The notes: generated from the sequence alone by a model not told the origin. DNA of 64,000 nt from Calcarisporiella thermophila CBS 279.70 (GCF_041956535.1 NW_027192232.1:1-64000); one strand, 5' to 3'; shown: positions 1-13,613, counted from the stretch's first letter. Translations and numbers: made by a program.

Positions 1-895
1 ACAAGAATAACTCAATTAACTTTTTTTGTACCTTATTTCAGTTTTAAAGATGTTTTATAATTTCACAAAAGTTTACAGAGTGTTTTTTTTTTCAAAAATT
101 TAAGCTGTGATATCAATAATATCTATATATGTAATGACACCCTATCCAATCAATCTTTTGCAAAGTTATCATAGCCCCTCAAGGCTAAATTTCTAAACGG
201 CAACCTGACAAACCGGTTTAAGATCAGCGATGCTCAAGTGTGAGGCCATCCGAATATTGAAGATCGCTTCTATGATATTAATATATCTTGTTTCCAGGGA
301 ATGTAAGCTGGGTTCGAAAGCCCTGCGTAAGAAAACTATCATACAGAAATATCTATCCAGCCTTTCAATCCAACCTAATAGAGAGGAGCACATCGGAACA
401 TTTTTATCCCCAGGTCGTCCGATAAAAAAAATTAACTCCTAGTCAAAATCCGGTCCTCCAACTTATTACTTCCTCAATGGCTTGCAAAAAATAGCATTAA
501 ATGTTAATTAATTTTATTAACAGTCAAGATAAGAGTCCTCTGTGACGTTGTGAGCATTTTTTTCTAGCCTAATCTAGACCATTAATTTGGCCAAATCTCA
601 AAAAGAAACTCCACTAGGAGAATATGCGTATACCTAGTCCAAGACGCCCTCGCCAAGACCAGTGGGCCACATTTCTAGTTTATTGTTTGTCACTGACACG
701 GTAAAAGCCAAACTAATAACTTAAGTGTATTTTTTTATTATTTTTAATTTTTTTGTTTGTATCTCAATGTATGAGTATATAAGTTGTTGGTGACAATACA
801 AAATTAAAGAGCGATAATCCTGCAGTATGATTCATTGGAAAACAAAAATGTACAAGAGTCAGATAATTTTCAAGTGAAGGTGAAGCAAAACTAAT

Positions 896-1705
896 CTAAG
901 CTGCGGTAGGCGTTTGGGTGGTTGTGGTGGCGGATGATTCAGTACTGGTAGTCGTATCAGTGGTGGTAGTAGTGGTGGCAGTTGAGTCGGTCGTTGTTGT
1001 TGCCTCGGTGATAGAATCAGTTGTGGTACTAGTTGCTTCAGATGTAGCGGCAGTATCAGTGGTAGTGGTTGTGGCCGTGTCTGTGGTGGTTGTCTCAGTG
1101 CTCGCTCCAGTGTCGGTGTCAGTGGCCGTTCCAGTAGCGGCGGATACATCAGGAGGGGCCGGGGCTCCGTTACCGAACTGTTGGCAGATGAGATCCACCT
1201 GTTGCTGTATTGCTCCCACCACCGCCACCTTCATCACGGACACGCCGGCCAGTGCGATGTCCGCACCCTCCGTATTTCCAATATGCTCACGCAATGCACT
1301 GGCTTGGTCGTCATAACCCTGCAGCATTACTTTAGCCTGAGCAATGAGGGCATCGACCTGGGGGTTTGAGCACGGCGCTTTAATGGAATCCGCTCCAACG
1401 GTGGTAGTTGCAAGCGGAGGAGTGGTGGTTGTGGTTGAGGCGAGCGTGCCCGTGGGCTCGGCGGCCGTGACCTCGGTGAATGCGGTGAGGACCGAGGTGG
1501 CAGTATCCGTGGTAGTTGCAGCCGCTGTATCAGTTGCGGTTGTGGTGACCGTGGAGCTTTCTGTAGCAGTTGAAGTAGTAGTCTCATCGGTAGAGGTACT
1601 TGTCTCCGTTGTTGTCGTCGTCGCGTCTTGGCGGCGCAAAAACTGCGGGTTCGCAAGAGCGCTGGTGCTGGTTAAAAGCAGCAGGGCAAGTACAGAGAAT
1701 TTCAT
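896..1705 (-). CDS. Secreted Ser/Thr-rich (mucin-like/cell-wall) protein, 269 aa
   Basis: Signal peptide MKFSVLALLLLTSTSALA, dibasic RR after NPQFL, two Thr-rich tracts flanking a ~90-aa helical core with two Cys; no hydrophobic GPI tail; single exon. Confidence 0.85.
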   Translation of the reverse strand: MKFSVLALLLLTSTSALANPQFLRRQDATTTTTETSTSTDETTTSTATESSTVTTTATDTAAATTTDTATSVLTAFTEVTAAEPTGTLASTTTTTPPLATTTVGADSIKAPCSNPQVDALIAQAKVMLQGYDDQASALREHIGNTEGADIALAGVSVMKVAVVGAIQQQVDLICQQFGNGAPAPPDVSAATGTATDTDTGASTETTTTDTATTTTTDTAATSEATSTTTDSITEATTTTDSTATTTTTTDTTTSTESSATTTTQTPTAA

Positions 1706-2942
1706 GCTATGAATTTAATGTAAAGATCAACAAAAGCTTCGGCGAAAATACAGAAGCAGGTGAAAAGAAATACAAAAGAGAAATATATTTGTAATAGAAG
1801 AGAAAACCTGAGTGAAGCTAAAGAATGGGCACGGGTTTAAGTATGGAAGCAAGCCCTTGTGTTTTTTCGATGACGATTTGCCTTGGCAGTTTATTTGGAG
1901 GATATTTTTAGGGTTATGGAACATGCCCTTTAGCCTGGTCTGTAACCTTGCCTTACTTGTCCAATCGATATTCTTTGCAGACATTCTAAAAATTTATGGC
2001 AGGACTTGTTTCAGGTTAGCCCATACGCCCAGGAAATGTATTTGAAATCAACGGAGGATGAGAAATCAAGCAGAACGCTGGGCATTGCCAGCTGCCAGAG
2101 AGGAGGTTACGAAGGGGATTGGGTGGCTGAGGAGGGCACACTCATGAAGTTAGACGGCTTATCTTAGGGGTAAGACGACGGGCGCCCGTTTGGTCATGGG
2201 GGAGCACAGCAATAAGGAGGGGTTAATAAGATGGTTATTTTTCGGTTAGAGACCCAGTATTTTCATATGTTTTCCGAGAGCCGAAGGTGGTCGTTGTACC
2301 CGATGATGGGCAATGAATGCACCATAGAGCGGCTGCATACCCGCCGTCCCTCGTGCAGGTGATGGGATAGGTTCGATAGTCGGGGGATGCATGGGTGAGT
2401 TAAGGAGAGGCCATTACTAGGCCCAGCAGTGATTCGATGTAGAGAGCTGATGCCACGTAGTACTACTGAGTGCCAAAATCTGTGATGTGGCCGTGTGAAA
2501 AAAGCACACCGGATTATGGCAATAGAACTTAAGGTTTGACAGAAAAGGGAATATCCAAGAATTATCCATGGGGCTTGGAATCCGAAGGATTATCAAGTTT
2601 AATCATTTAGAATTATTAATGGGCGATTCTCCTGTGTTCTTGTTCCCTTTATCGGCTCGGTCCTTATCCTTTTCCCTACGTACCTCACACAATGTTGCGA
2701 GCCCTATTGTAACCTAAACACCTTTTCATACCTTTGACCCAAACTGCGCTTTCTATTTCCCTCTATCTCGTTGTTCTCATCTAAGCATTTATTTTCCTTC
2801 TCCTCTTGAATATCCCCCCCAAGTCAGAACGAAGCCCAACTGCATTCTATCTAGCGGTTTTTTATACCTCCACTGATTTGGATCCATATCCACTCCTCGA
2901 TATATCTCCTTAGCATTAGTGACGTGACAGACATTTGCGGTG

Positions 2943-5900
2943 ATGGATGGTGAGCACGAGGGAACCGCGGCTGGTTCCTCGAATTTTCACAGTGATGGTG
3001 CATCCCCTAACGCAGATCATGGAAAGACAAGGCGTCCTCGCTCCACCATGGCATGTAAGTTGGCCTATCCTATTTTTCTTTTTCCTTTTTTGGCTGCGAT
3101 GATGGTCTTTACTGATGTATCTATTCACTTTGTTTTTTAAACTTGCCCTTGTCGTGTGAAAAAAAAGGTATTCGGTGTCGGAAAAAGAAGGTACGCTGAG
3201 AATGTTTGAATCGTAATGTTTGACATTACTGACAGATGCTCCCCCTTCCTCCTACACTTTTAGGTCAAATGCGATTTTGTAAGTACCTGGATCTTATGAA
3301 CCTCTTTTTTCCTTTTGCATCTCTAGAATTTTTCCGTTTTTTTTTTTTTACTATTCTATATCCTGATGGCGCCATTTTTTTATCATTTTCTAGCTCCAAC
3401 CTACTTGCTCTCGCTGCTCTCAGGCAGGCTTGCCTTGTACCTACTCCACACCTCCACGGCGAGTAGATGGTCATGCCTTTGATACCCTTGGGAATCATGT
3501 TGAGCAGCTAAAGGCGCGCATGCAAAAAATGCAGAATGACCTGATGACTATCAAGAATAGCCTTAATAGCATGACCGTACCACCCAACCCGGCTCTCCCG
3601 GATGCGACTGGGAAAGCACCCGACTTGTCCATCTTACGGAGTAATAACGGTGAACAGGGCACACAAGGGGTAACGTGGAAGCTTTCGCTTTCACCCTCGG
3701 GACTTCGAATAGATACCAACATTGCCTCCGTGCAGGATCTATACAAGATCCTCTTGCAGGGTATCAGTCAACTCAGTATCCGGCAGGAAAACCGCACTGG
3801 AGGTTTGCTGGACCCGGATATTCCCACAGAAGGGTTGACGTCGCGTCGCCGAAGGGAGCACACTTCGCAGTCAGGATGGCACCCGCACAGGAGTGCCGTC
3901 GGTGGCGGAGATGAGGGAACGGGAGAGCAGCGCTTGTGGGAGATCACACCCGAACAAGAACAAGAGATATTGCGGGAGCAACAACGCAGCACGGTCGAGC
4001 AAGAACTGCCCAGCGAGGTGCTCGACCGCCTCGTTGAACACTATCTCAGCTGCTTCGTCAGTTTCCAGGTCGTGAACAAGCAAGGGTTTTTGGAGCAGTA
4101 TCGCAATCGATCAGAGCAGCCGATTGATCCTTTGCTGCTCAACTCAATCTATGCCTGGACGGCCAAGCACCTTGCCCTCCACCACCACTTCGACGACAGT
4201 AAGGACCCCAACATCATCGGCGAATACTACTTTAAGCAGTCGCGGCAGCTCCTGAAAAAGCGGTTCGATGTCTCCAACCCCGACACGATCCAGGCCTTAA
4301 TCAACATGTTCCTGTACCAAATCACCAGTTCGAAGCCGACCCAAGCCTACCTGTATATTGGGCTGGCGGCACGGATGGCCCAGGACCTCAAGCTTCATCG
4401 AAAGGAGACCGGAACGGCCCAGGACGCATACACCAGCGAGCGCTTGAAGCGCCTCTGGTGGACCGCGTTCTGGCTCGACTCCCATGCCGTCCTCGAGGCG
4501 AGTCGGTCCACCATGATCGATGATCGCGACTGCGACGTGGATTACCCGGCCCCTCTCGCCGATGATGACCCGGACACCGTCGACAAGATCGAATTCGGCA
4601 AGCACATGATCAAATTGATCAGCGTGCGGCGCGATGTCGCCAAGCAGCTCCTGTCGGACCAGTCAGGGCAGTCGCTGCTCTCCGCCATATCCATGCTGGA
4701 AAACGCGCTCACCAGTTGGTTTAATGGGCTTCCGTCCAGCCTTCAAATCCAGCTCGACGACCCGCCCTACGTCCCCTCCGACACGACGCGCTTCCACGAG
4801 ACCTCCAAGCTGCTCTTGAACATCGCCTATAATGGCAGCTGGATTTACCTGCATAAGCTATTCCTCCCCAAATCCCAGGAGACCTCCACTCCGATCGCGC
4901 TGCTCTCCCTCAACATCTGCACCAAGTCCGCCAACCAGATCACGGACCTTGTGCAGACCATGGCCGACAAAGTGGGGTGGTGTCAGATGTACATTGTGCT
5001 TGACTCGATTGCGCTTGCCGCAAAGATCCACCAGCAGGCGATCGTCCTGCGCACGGAGCCCGCCATCACCTTCAACGCTAAGCGGAATCTGGTGCGAATC
5101 TTGCACATGTTGCGCGACTCGACCTTCATCGTACTGCCTCTGATCGACCAGCTGGTGGCTGGCATCGAATCTTTTCTCGAGCTGCACCAGATCACCGACG
5201 ACCTCCGAGAATTGGAGAAGGAGCGTGTCGATGAACCGTTGGAGGAGCAGGAGGGGCGTGCAGAGTTCTCGCTGCCTCCAACCGGGGGCGGGAATGGCGC
5301 CGAGTCCGGTGGGGTGGTAGTTGACGGAGGGATGCCTTTCTTTGGCATGGGCATGATGGCGACCAACCCCATGTCTTCCTCCACCTCAACGGGCACCTTC
5401 TCTGGCACTGGCCTTGGCGGGAACAGGGCACTTGACGTGCCACAGACTGATGAATACCTCACCAATGCCACGATTGGTAATATCATGCCGATATCCGTAT
5501 ATCCGGGCCATTCACCCGGATACGGTTCCTCTCCGGGAGGAGCCTCTCACACGTTCACTTCGCCGTCGGTGGTCACCCCGGGCACCGTGCAGAGTACACC
5601 GCTCCACATCCATAATCTCGAACCTCAACCCCTCACGCATCCTGTCGGGATGCAGGAAGAGTTTGACAACCTACAGCAACCTCCCCAGGTCACCGCCCCC
5701 TACCCCAACTTGCCCGGCGATCCTCTCACCGACGAAGACAGGGGACTGTTCGCCGGTCTGGACTCGGGGCAGATCCAGCGCACATCCGAGGATATCGATG
5801 CCTTCCTGCAGTCCATCGGAGACGAGTTGATTGGGAGTTCCGGAGAGCAGTACAGCTCCACAGGGGTGCCGAGTGGATTCCCGTCCGACTTTTACAGTGA

Positions 5901-6657
5901 CACCTTTGCCGCGCTCAGTCGAGTGGCCATGGATCCCCAGTTTCACCCCAGCGAGGTTCCCAATTCGTCCTCCTCCTTGGGAGGAATGTCCTCCATGGCC
6001 ATGCTCAACCCGGCTCAGAGCGCGACCGCCCCTGTTCTGAATCACGGTTTACACGGGCTCTCTGGGGTGCCCGACATAGGAATGGGCCCAGCCGGCCATC
6101 CCATGAGCCACCCCCCCACCATGGGCAACATTGGCGCGCACCTGGGTGGCATGTCATCCGCTCACCCGGGACTCATGTCTGCTGGCGGCGTGCCCTCCCA
6201 GAGCCACATGCCGCCCAATAACTTGGGTCGTCAGCCGGTAATGTCTTCGGCCGGTGCACCCGGAGGCTTTAACCCCTTCCCCAGCTACCTGTCCGCTCAG
6301 TCTCAGCCGCCCCAAGGCCAATTTCGGCAAGGGCTTTTCGCGGCCTCCATGCACCCCTCGGCGGCTTCCATCCCCCCTCATGCTCATCCCCATCTCCATC
6401 CATCAATGCCCACGCGCCGTCCCCCTGGACCCATGCAAGGGATGATGCCCGCCTCTTCAAGCGAAGGGGCCATGCCGGCCAACGCAATGGGGGAGTATAA
6501 TTTAAACATGTTTATGGGGTCGGACATGTATGGCTCCGGAGTGGGCATGCCAGAGAATTCGGGGGGCGAGTATATGGGTGGCAACATGAACGAGATGGCG
6601 ACGATGTTGCCGACGTCGAGCGCGGGCACGTCGCGGAAAAGAGCAAGAGGAGCATAG
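2943..6657 (+). CDS. Zn2Cys6 transcription factor with Fungal_trans middle-homology region (TF1)
   Basis: Exons 2943-3054, 3168-3190, 3264-3278 and 3394-6657 (all GT-AG) splice to [41 protein letters not shown]...RLWWTAF Fungal_trans motif; low-complexity C-terminus. Confidence 0.93.
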
Positions 6658-7219
6658 TAGATGGCCGGGGTGGTGCTATCTTTTCTATCTGTTGTAGGGA
6701 GCTTCTATATCTTTGTTGTTTTTACCCTATTTAATGGATTCCGTGTATTTCTCCCTTACTTTTTGTGTTTTTATTATTACATATATTTATATCCTCATTA
6801 AGAATGGCTCTATTATGTTTCGGAGGTCTTATTGCTACCTATTTCTCGTCCATCCTTCGCTTCTCTCCGCTTTTCTTCGACTCATTCACTTCCCTCCCTT
6901 CCCTCCTTTTCCCTCTCTTATTTTATTCTTTATCTTTCCTGTTTACCCCCCATTTGTTAAATTAATCTGTTGGATGTAAGGATTTTTCTTTTTGAAAGTA
7001 AATTCCCATACAAGATACTCGTCTTATCTCGTTGGATTCCCCTCTCCCTCTTTCCGTTTCTCTCTTCCGCTTTTTTATTCATGCTTTTCCTAAACGTTAG
7101 CCTTTTTGCTATTTCAATTGGTTATTATTTTTTTTTTCTATTACTTTTTGGAAACTTGGTTTTTCTTCTTTATTATAAAGCACACTATACAAGAAAATGC
7201 ACGCTACACGCTGATATAT

Positions 7220-8076
7220 TTACAAGCAAGGGGAGTTGTCTTTTTCAAAGGCAACCATCACCTTGACGACCTCCTCAGCCTCGGGCTTCGAGGCAATGGC
7301 GCATCGTCGATTTGCCAAGGCCGGGTGGGCAGCCGTAGTTGGACCGATGGTTGCTATTTTGCAGCGCTGCCACCACTCGGGACCGAAGTGGTCTTTGAGG
7401 GACGCAAGAGAATAGTCGACACCGGAGGGAGAGAAGAAGAGAAGCCAATCGGGGGGGCTGAACGCCCCTAGATTTAAAGGCGCCGGACGCGTTTCATATA
7501 CACACAGCTCCTCGAGATGGAGGCCAGCGTCTCTTAGGCGGGTGGGCAATACATCACGCCGCTTATCTCCACAGAGAAAGAGCAGCAATGTTGGTGATGA
7601 GCGGGAGGTGCGCGAGACGGAAAAGTAGGAGATAATGTGGGAGGAGAGTTGCTCTGCGTTCCCGGCATGGGAACTTTGAGCGGGCCAAGAGAGCAGCTTC
7701 TGCGATGCGGCAGCCGTGCTTGGACCGACTGCGAAGAGGGGGAGGGAACGCCATGCATTCTTGAGATCCTCGTCTAACATGTTTTCAGGAAAAATAAAAG
7801 AGTTAGCAATATGATCAAAGGCTTGGCCCCCAGCCTTGGAAACTAACCCATTGCATTCCATACTTCCTTGAGTGCATCCACGCCCCTCTGGCTCGTTATC
7901 ACTACACCGCCCAGTCCCCATTCCTCCGGCCGCTGATGGAATTTTTGCCGGATCGGACCGTGATAAAACACGGTTTGCATTACGGGCGCAAAATGGGGAT
8001 CGTAGCCATATTGCGTGAGAAAATGCGCATAGGGATCATTGGGACGGGGATCGCGGAGGAGAAGGGCTGTGGGCAT
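7220..8076 (-). CDS. HEM4: Uroporphyrinogen-III synthase
   Basis: Two exons joined by a gttagt...gctaac...ttag intron; motifs VITSQRGVDAL, FAVGPSTA, LLFLCGDKRRDVLP, VYET, FFSPSGV, TIGPTTA. Confidence 0.92.
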
Positions 8077-9158
8077 TCTGGAAAGCTACCTGTAATGCCA
8101 ACGGAGCTGTTGAGAACTCGGAGGGGGGGGGGGGGGAAACGAAGGCAACAAAAAGAAGCACAAGCTGTGCACGGCTGAGGATTGCGACTGTGCTCAGAAG
8201 AGGTTTCAGACACCATTCAGAATGTACCCAATCTCCTCGGGACAGTAAATCGACGCAGGGCTGCACGAAAAGTGCAAAACGGGGAGATGCGCGTATAGAT
8301 CGCCTTGATAAATGGGGTCGGCAAGAGCTTTATCGGTGGTTTGGTCAGATGGGGAGGGGGGCGGGGAGAACCTGCCTACTTCCGAAGCTTCATCTCCTCC
8401 CCCTCCGCTGTGGGTCGGCCGGCTTTATTTATTTGTTTCGAGGCATTGCACCTAAGCGAACCGGTTGCGAGGGGGGAGCGGAAAACGAGGGGGTGCGGGG
8501 CCGCAGTCCGTGGGAGGGAAAATCGGATTTTGGCTGAGAGGACACGCGGGAGGGCTAGGAAGGGGGGATTCAGATGAGGAAGTAATTGGAAAAGAAAAAA
8601 AAACAGAAATGAAATGCGCTTGCTGCATCCGAGGTTTATGGTACAGATTTGAATAGGAGCTGAAAATGGTATATGAATAAATTGACATTCTTGTGTTCCC
8701 TATGGAGAGTTTGACCGCGGAGGGGTCTATTCGCGATCAACTGCCCATGGCTATTCCCTTCTACAAGAGCAGGTTTTTTTTTAAGTCGGGCTGCACGCTA
8801 GTAGCTGGGAACAGGAAAGCGTGTTGACCCGTTTTGAGATGCCCGTCGCCATTTATGTAGGGAGGATCGGAAAGTGTACAGAACATATATATCGTCGATG
8901 CTTCCCAGCTCTTTCACAGACTTGAGTTGCTTTGTTTTATTTTTCTCTGCTTTTTCTCAATTGCTGCCCTTTCGAGTTCTCATTCCACCCTCCTTCTCTC
9001 TCTATCTCTCTCTCTTTCTCTTTTGTTGGCCTTCCTCTCTTTTTAGGCCCCCTCCTCTCCCCCTTTTTTCTCAAACCACCATTTGAACACACCCTTTTTT
9101 GTGAGGATTTCTTCCAAGTGTTTGGCTTGCTGAGAATTGGCTTGAGCATTAGTTATTA

Positions 9159-10949
9159 ATGACTACATCCACGTTGCATTCGCATAATAGCACTATGATG
9201 AAGACCACTAAATCGGGTCGCCCGTTTGTGAAGGTGAGTCTTACGATGACTAACGGCTGCTTGCTGATGGCCTTGGCTCGCAAGGCTCGGATATTCAGGA
9301 TTTAAGCGTTTATATTGGCTGTAGCCTGCTGAACAAGGTATACTGACGCTCTCCTGTTTGCCTAGGATATCCACGATCTCTTTGCCGCGCTTGTGGTCTC
9401 TCTGCCTCTGGAGACCAACCGACGGAACTTTCGCAGCTATCCGAATACATTCACGGCCGAACAGGCCATCACAAACCTCAACTCGCTGCGATTTTCGCAA
9501 ACAAACCGTGCCCCCGACCCTAAGGATCCCACAAGGATCGTGACGACCACCGTTACCACCACCTTCAGCATGACCAAGGATATGGCACGCAGTCTTTGTC
9601 AGCATTTTCTCGACGCTCACTTGATGGAGAGCGCAGTCGATAAAAGTAACCGAAACTTTAAGGATAAGGGCATCTATGGAATCACGCCCACCGGCGCCAG
9701 CATTCTGGAGCGCTTCATCAATAATAACAATCTGGCCGCGGCCCACCTCCAGGCCCTGTTCGGGCAGATTGCGGCGATAAAGGTGCTTGTGCTGGAGCGC
9801 AAACCGGACGACGATACCCTCCTCCTGACCCCGGATACCGTGCGCACGATCTTCAAGCGATTCGCTGGCCCCGCCCCCAACTCCAGCTCGAGCGAGAATG
9901 GCCTGGGGGGTGGGGACGAGCTGGGCTCGGACAGTTCGTCGGTGATGTCGACCGAGGTCAACCGGAACCTTGGGATCGAGGTGCGGGACCGCACGCTGTT
10001 CTACACGGTCTATCCCAACACGTTCCACGGGCAGGCTGCGCTGGATTGGCTGTGCGAGTTCACCACCGTCATCTCGCGCACAGAAGCGGCCACCATTGCC
10101 AGCGAATTCATCCGTCTCTCGCTGGTGTCGCAGATAGTGGAGAAGGGAGAGCGCGAGGACAAGGCCGCGGGAATCGTGGACTCGAAGTCGACCCTGTACC
10201 AGTTGACCGACGAGGGCCAGAAAATAGCAGGCTGGCTGAACGAGGAGCTCCCCAACGGGAAGAACGGGGACGAAGTGGATCTGAAGGAGATGCTGTCGTA
10301 TCCGGCAAGCGCTGCCACAAAGAAGTCCGGCGCCCGCCTCAGCCGCACCGACTCGTCGCGCCTCCAGAAGTCTCGCCTGATCGACTTCAACCTCGATGCC
10401 AAGGAGTCCAACGCGGCCCGCCTGCAGCAGATCCTCAAGGACGCCAAGCTCTTGCCCCTGTTCCGCGAATTTTTGCAGTCGAACTTCTGCGAGGAGAACC
10501 TGGCCTTCCTGCTGGAGTGCCAAGAGTTTAAGCGCAAAATGGCGGCCGTCCGGTCCAGTGGCGGAGGCCCGGAGCAGAAGAAGGAGGCCGCGAGCTTGGC
10601 GGTCAAGATCTTCGTCACCTACCTCGCCCCCTCGTCCCCTTCCGAGGTCAACATTGACCACTCGCTGCGGCAGGAGATGGTGCAGTTTTTCACGGCCGCG
10701 GGCATCGTCTCCCTCACCACCACCTCCGCCCCCCCCACCTCGACCTCGGCCACCCACCAGAACAATCTTGCCACCGCCACCACGACCACCACCACGACCA
10801 CCGTCACCACCACGGTGACCATCAGCGAGTACAGCAGTATCACCAGCGGAATGCTGGAGAACATCACCCAGATGTACGACAACGCCCGCGATCACATCTT
10901 CCGTCTCATGAGCACCGACTCCGTGCCCAAGTTCATGCACCCGAAATAA
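9159..10949 (+). CDS. flbA: Regulator of G-protein signalling with DEP and RGS domains (FlbA/Sst2 family)
   Basis: Exon 1 MTTS...GRPFVK, gtgagt intron, then DIHDLFAALVVSLPL; LNSLRFSQTNRAPDPKDPTRIVTTTVTTTFSM FlbA signature; RGS box FREFLQSNFCEENLAF...FRLMSTDSVPKF. Confidence 0.93.
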
Positions 10950-11606
10950 GCCCTCGCTCCTCCTCGCCAGCCTCTCCTCCCTCACCTTCAAAAAAGTCAT
11001 GAGAAAAACAAAATGTTTACAATACTCTAACCTATCCTATAGAGTAGGAATATTTGTAAAAGCATAGGATTTTTTTATTGTTTTTTTTTTTTTATCTTTA
11101 CCCTTTCATAGAGAACGTTTAACTATTTTTCTTCGACAACGATTCCACGGTCTTTTTTATTTTTATATTTTTTTTTTTATTATATTATTATATTATTTCT
11201 ATTATTTCTATTATTTTATTATTTTTATTTCATTATTATAAAATGAAAGTTTGGCCTCTTCTTTTTTACCTTCTTTCCTAATGCTCTTTACACACTTCTT
11301 CTCACCATTAAAATTAATAGTTCATTCCAGCACGAAGGAGAGGAGTGAGAAGACCACGAAAAAAAAATTAGCAATACAAAGGGAAGACACATTCTTTGAA
11401 AAAGTACTGGAACCTCAAATGTTCAAAAAAAAAAATAATGATTAGAATGAAGAGTGTGAAGCAACGAAGGTAAAGAGGACCTTAGGGGGGCAAGGCAGAG
11501 TGCATTCAATGGTTTGGCATGGATGATAAATATTGCGTGGCAGTCTATTTAACAAGAGGAGGGTGGGAGGGGGGGTTGAGTGTGCACCGGCCTGCAGCTC
11601 GCCTCG

Positions 11607-13442
11607 TCATACCAAAAATGTGCTATCGATGTCGTGGGCAAAGTCCCACACCAAGATCCGCTTGTCCAGCGAGCCGCTCACGATTCGCCGCTCGTCGAAC
11701 TGGAGTTTGAACACGCTCCCCGCATGCCCCCGCAGCTCGCTCACCAGCTTCCCCGTCTTCCGATCCCAGACCTTGATGGTTTCATCGTAGCTCCCGCTCA
11801 CAATCCGGCGCGCGTCAAACTGCAGAGTGCGAACCAATTTGGTGTGGCCCTTGAGGATGTTCAGGCAGGCACCGGTTTCCGCGTCCCACACCCGGATGGT
11901 GAAGTCACTCGACCCGGACACGATGGTTTTGCCGTCAAACTGCACACATGCGATCCCGCGGGGATGCGCGTCAAGCGTGCGAAGACACGTGCCGGTGGCC
12001 ATGTCCCATACCTTAAGCGTGCGGTCGCCTGACGCAGACACCACGATTCCGTCGCGAAACTGCACCGAGTTGACGGCGGCCCGATGCCCGGTCAATCTGC
12101 GGATACACTTGCCGCTCTCGCGGTCCCACACCCGGATGGTCTTGTCCTTCGAGGAGGACACGATGTGGTTGGAATCGAAGCAAAGGTTCAACACGCTGTC
12201 CTCGTGGCCAACCAGCTCTTTCACAACGTTTCCAGTGTCTAGCTCCCACACCGCAATCGTAGTGTCGCTACTCCCGGTCACCAGCCATGGGCCGTCAATT
12301 TGTAGGCACAGGACACTTTTCTTGTGGTGATGCAACGTCCGCAAGCACTTCCCGGTACGAATGTCCCATATCCTAACGCTATTGTCCCGGCTGCCGGAAA
12401 TGATTTTCGTCGAGTCGAAGTGCACACAGTACACGCATTCGGTGTGGCCCTCGAGCTCGAGAGTGCGATAATTTCCTCGACGCCAGTTCGATTCGAGCAG
12501 GGTGCGCTGGTGAAAGAGGTGTTTCCAATTAATGGCAGGCGCACCCTCAGGGGTGCGGTGGATCGAGAAAGGATTAAAGCCCTCGGGCGAAACCCCCTCC
12601 TGGACATTCCGCTGTCCTATACTTAGTCCCGCACTAACGGCACTAATGGGAGAACTGATGTTGGAAAGATTTTCCAGAGTAATATCCATCGTTTTTTGTG
12701 ACTCGCTCTGGCTCTGGCTCAACTCGATACTCTGATAGGCGTCTGTTGTACCCAGATATTCCTCTATCATCTTATAGTTTGCTGGCCAGCCCTGAGCGGC
12801 GTAGAGGCGTCGCCATAATCGACTGTTCGAGGATATGCGATTCCACACGGTCGAGACACAAGCACATCGACACAGGGTGGGCGCATCGACAAAGGAAAGA
12901 ATGTGAAAGGCTAGTTCAAAAGGGAGGAGCTAACGGGTAACAAGGTGAAAGAAAATGGCACGTGTTAATGATTAGGGGGACACCAGCGGAAAGACAGTGG
13001 GAGACTCACAGCAATAAAGTCTCTGTGCAAATATGGTGTAATCTGCCCATGCACCCTTGCAAGCATGGAGGTTGGTAGCGATAACAGCACTTGAACGGCG
13101 AAATCTAAAGGAGCCAACATGCATTGACATAATGCTTAATGGACCAAGTCACTCTCCACAAAATGGAACCATTATGATATTCTCACCAGCTCTTTGTTCA
13201 TCTGACCAACCATTCATCCACTGAGGGATCTCTGTTCTCTGTTCATCATAGCCTTCGTCTGTAGTCTCTATATCAGAGACATTTCCCGCCCATTGCCCAT
13301 TCCACGGGCCATGCAGCCTCACGGTCGCATGCTGCTGCTGGTTTGGCGATGGCAAATCATATCCTTGGGGTGCCTTATGATCGAAACCATCTCCGATTGT
13401 ATTAGATGTTGGATCGGATGCACCCGAGGGTATGGAGGACAT
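11607..13442 (-). CDS. F-box/WD40 SCF substrate receptor, beta-TrCP/FWD1/Pof11-like
   Basis: Spliced D-domain (WSDEQRA/DFAVQVL) and F-box (RDFIALLPFELAFHILSFVD); WD40 repeats with beta-TrCP-type GHRAAVN, SASGDRTLKVW, HPRGIACVQF, RIVSGSYDETIKVWD. Confidence 0.9.
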
Positions 13443-13613
13443 TCTAGCGAGTAGTATTTTCCTTTATTCTGCTTGTGAGATTGTGTCGAAGTCAATGGAT
13501 ACTATGAGGAATTTTAGGAAAAGAAAACGATCATGAAAAAATAAAACTTGCCATGGGCTGATATTCAAATTACAATACAAAAAGGTTTAAGAAATTGAAA
13601 TTAATAATAAATG

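Noticed and set aside
859-1712. Val-rich and Pro/Leu-rich ORFs overlapping the Thr-rich gene
   Set aside because: Alternative frames of repetitive ACN codons
7843-7921. Apparent frameshift or pseudogene in HEM4
   Set aside because: Explained by a canonical GT-AG intron with a branch point
9156-11000. 614-aa antisense ORF spanning the RGS gene
   Set aside because: Mirror frame of a GC3-rich gene, which lacks stops as a by-product; no motifs; runs through the sense intron
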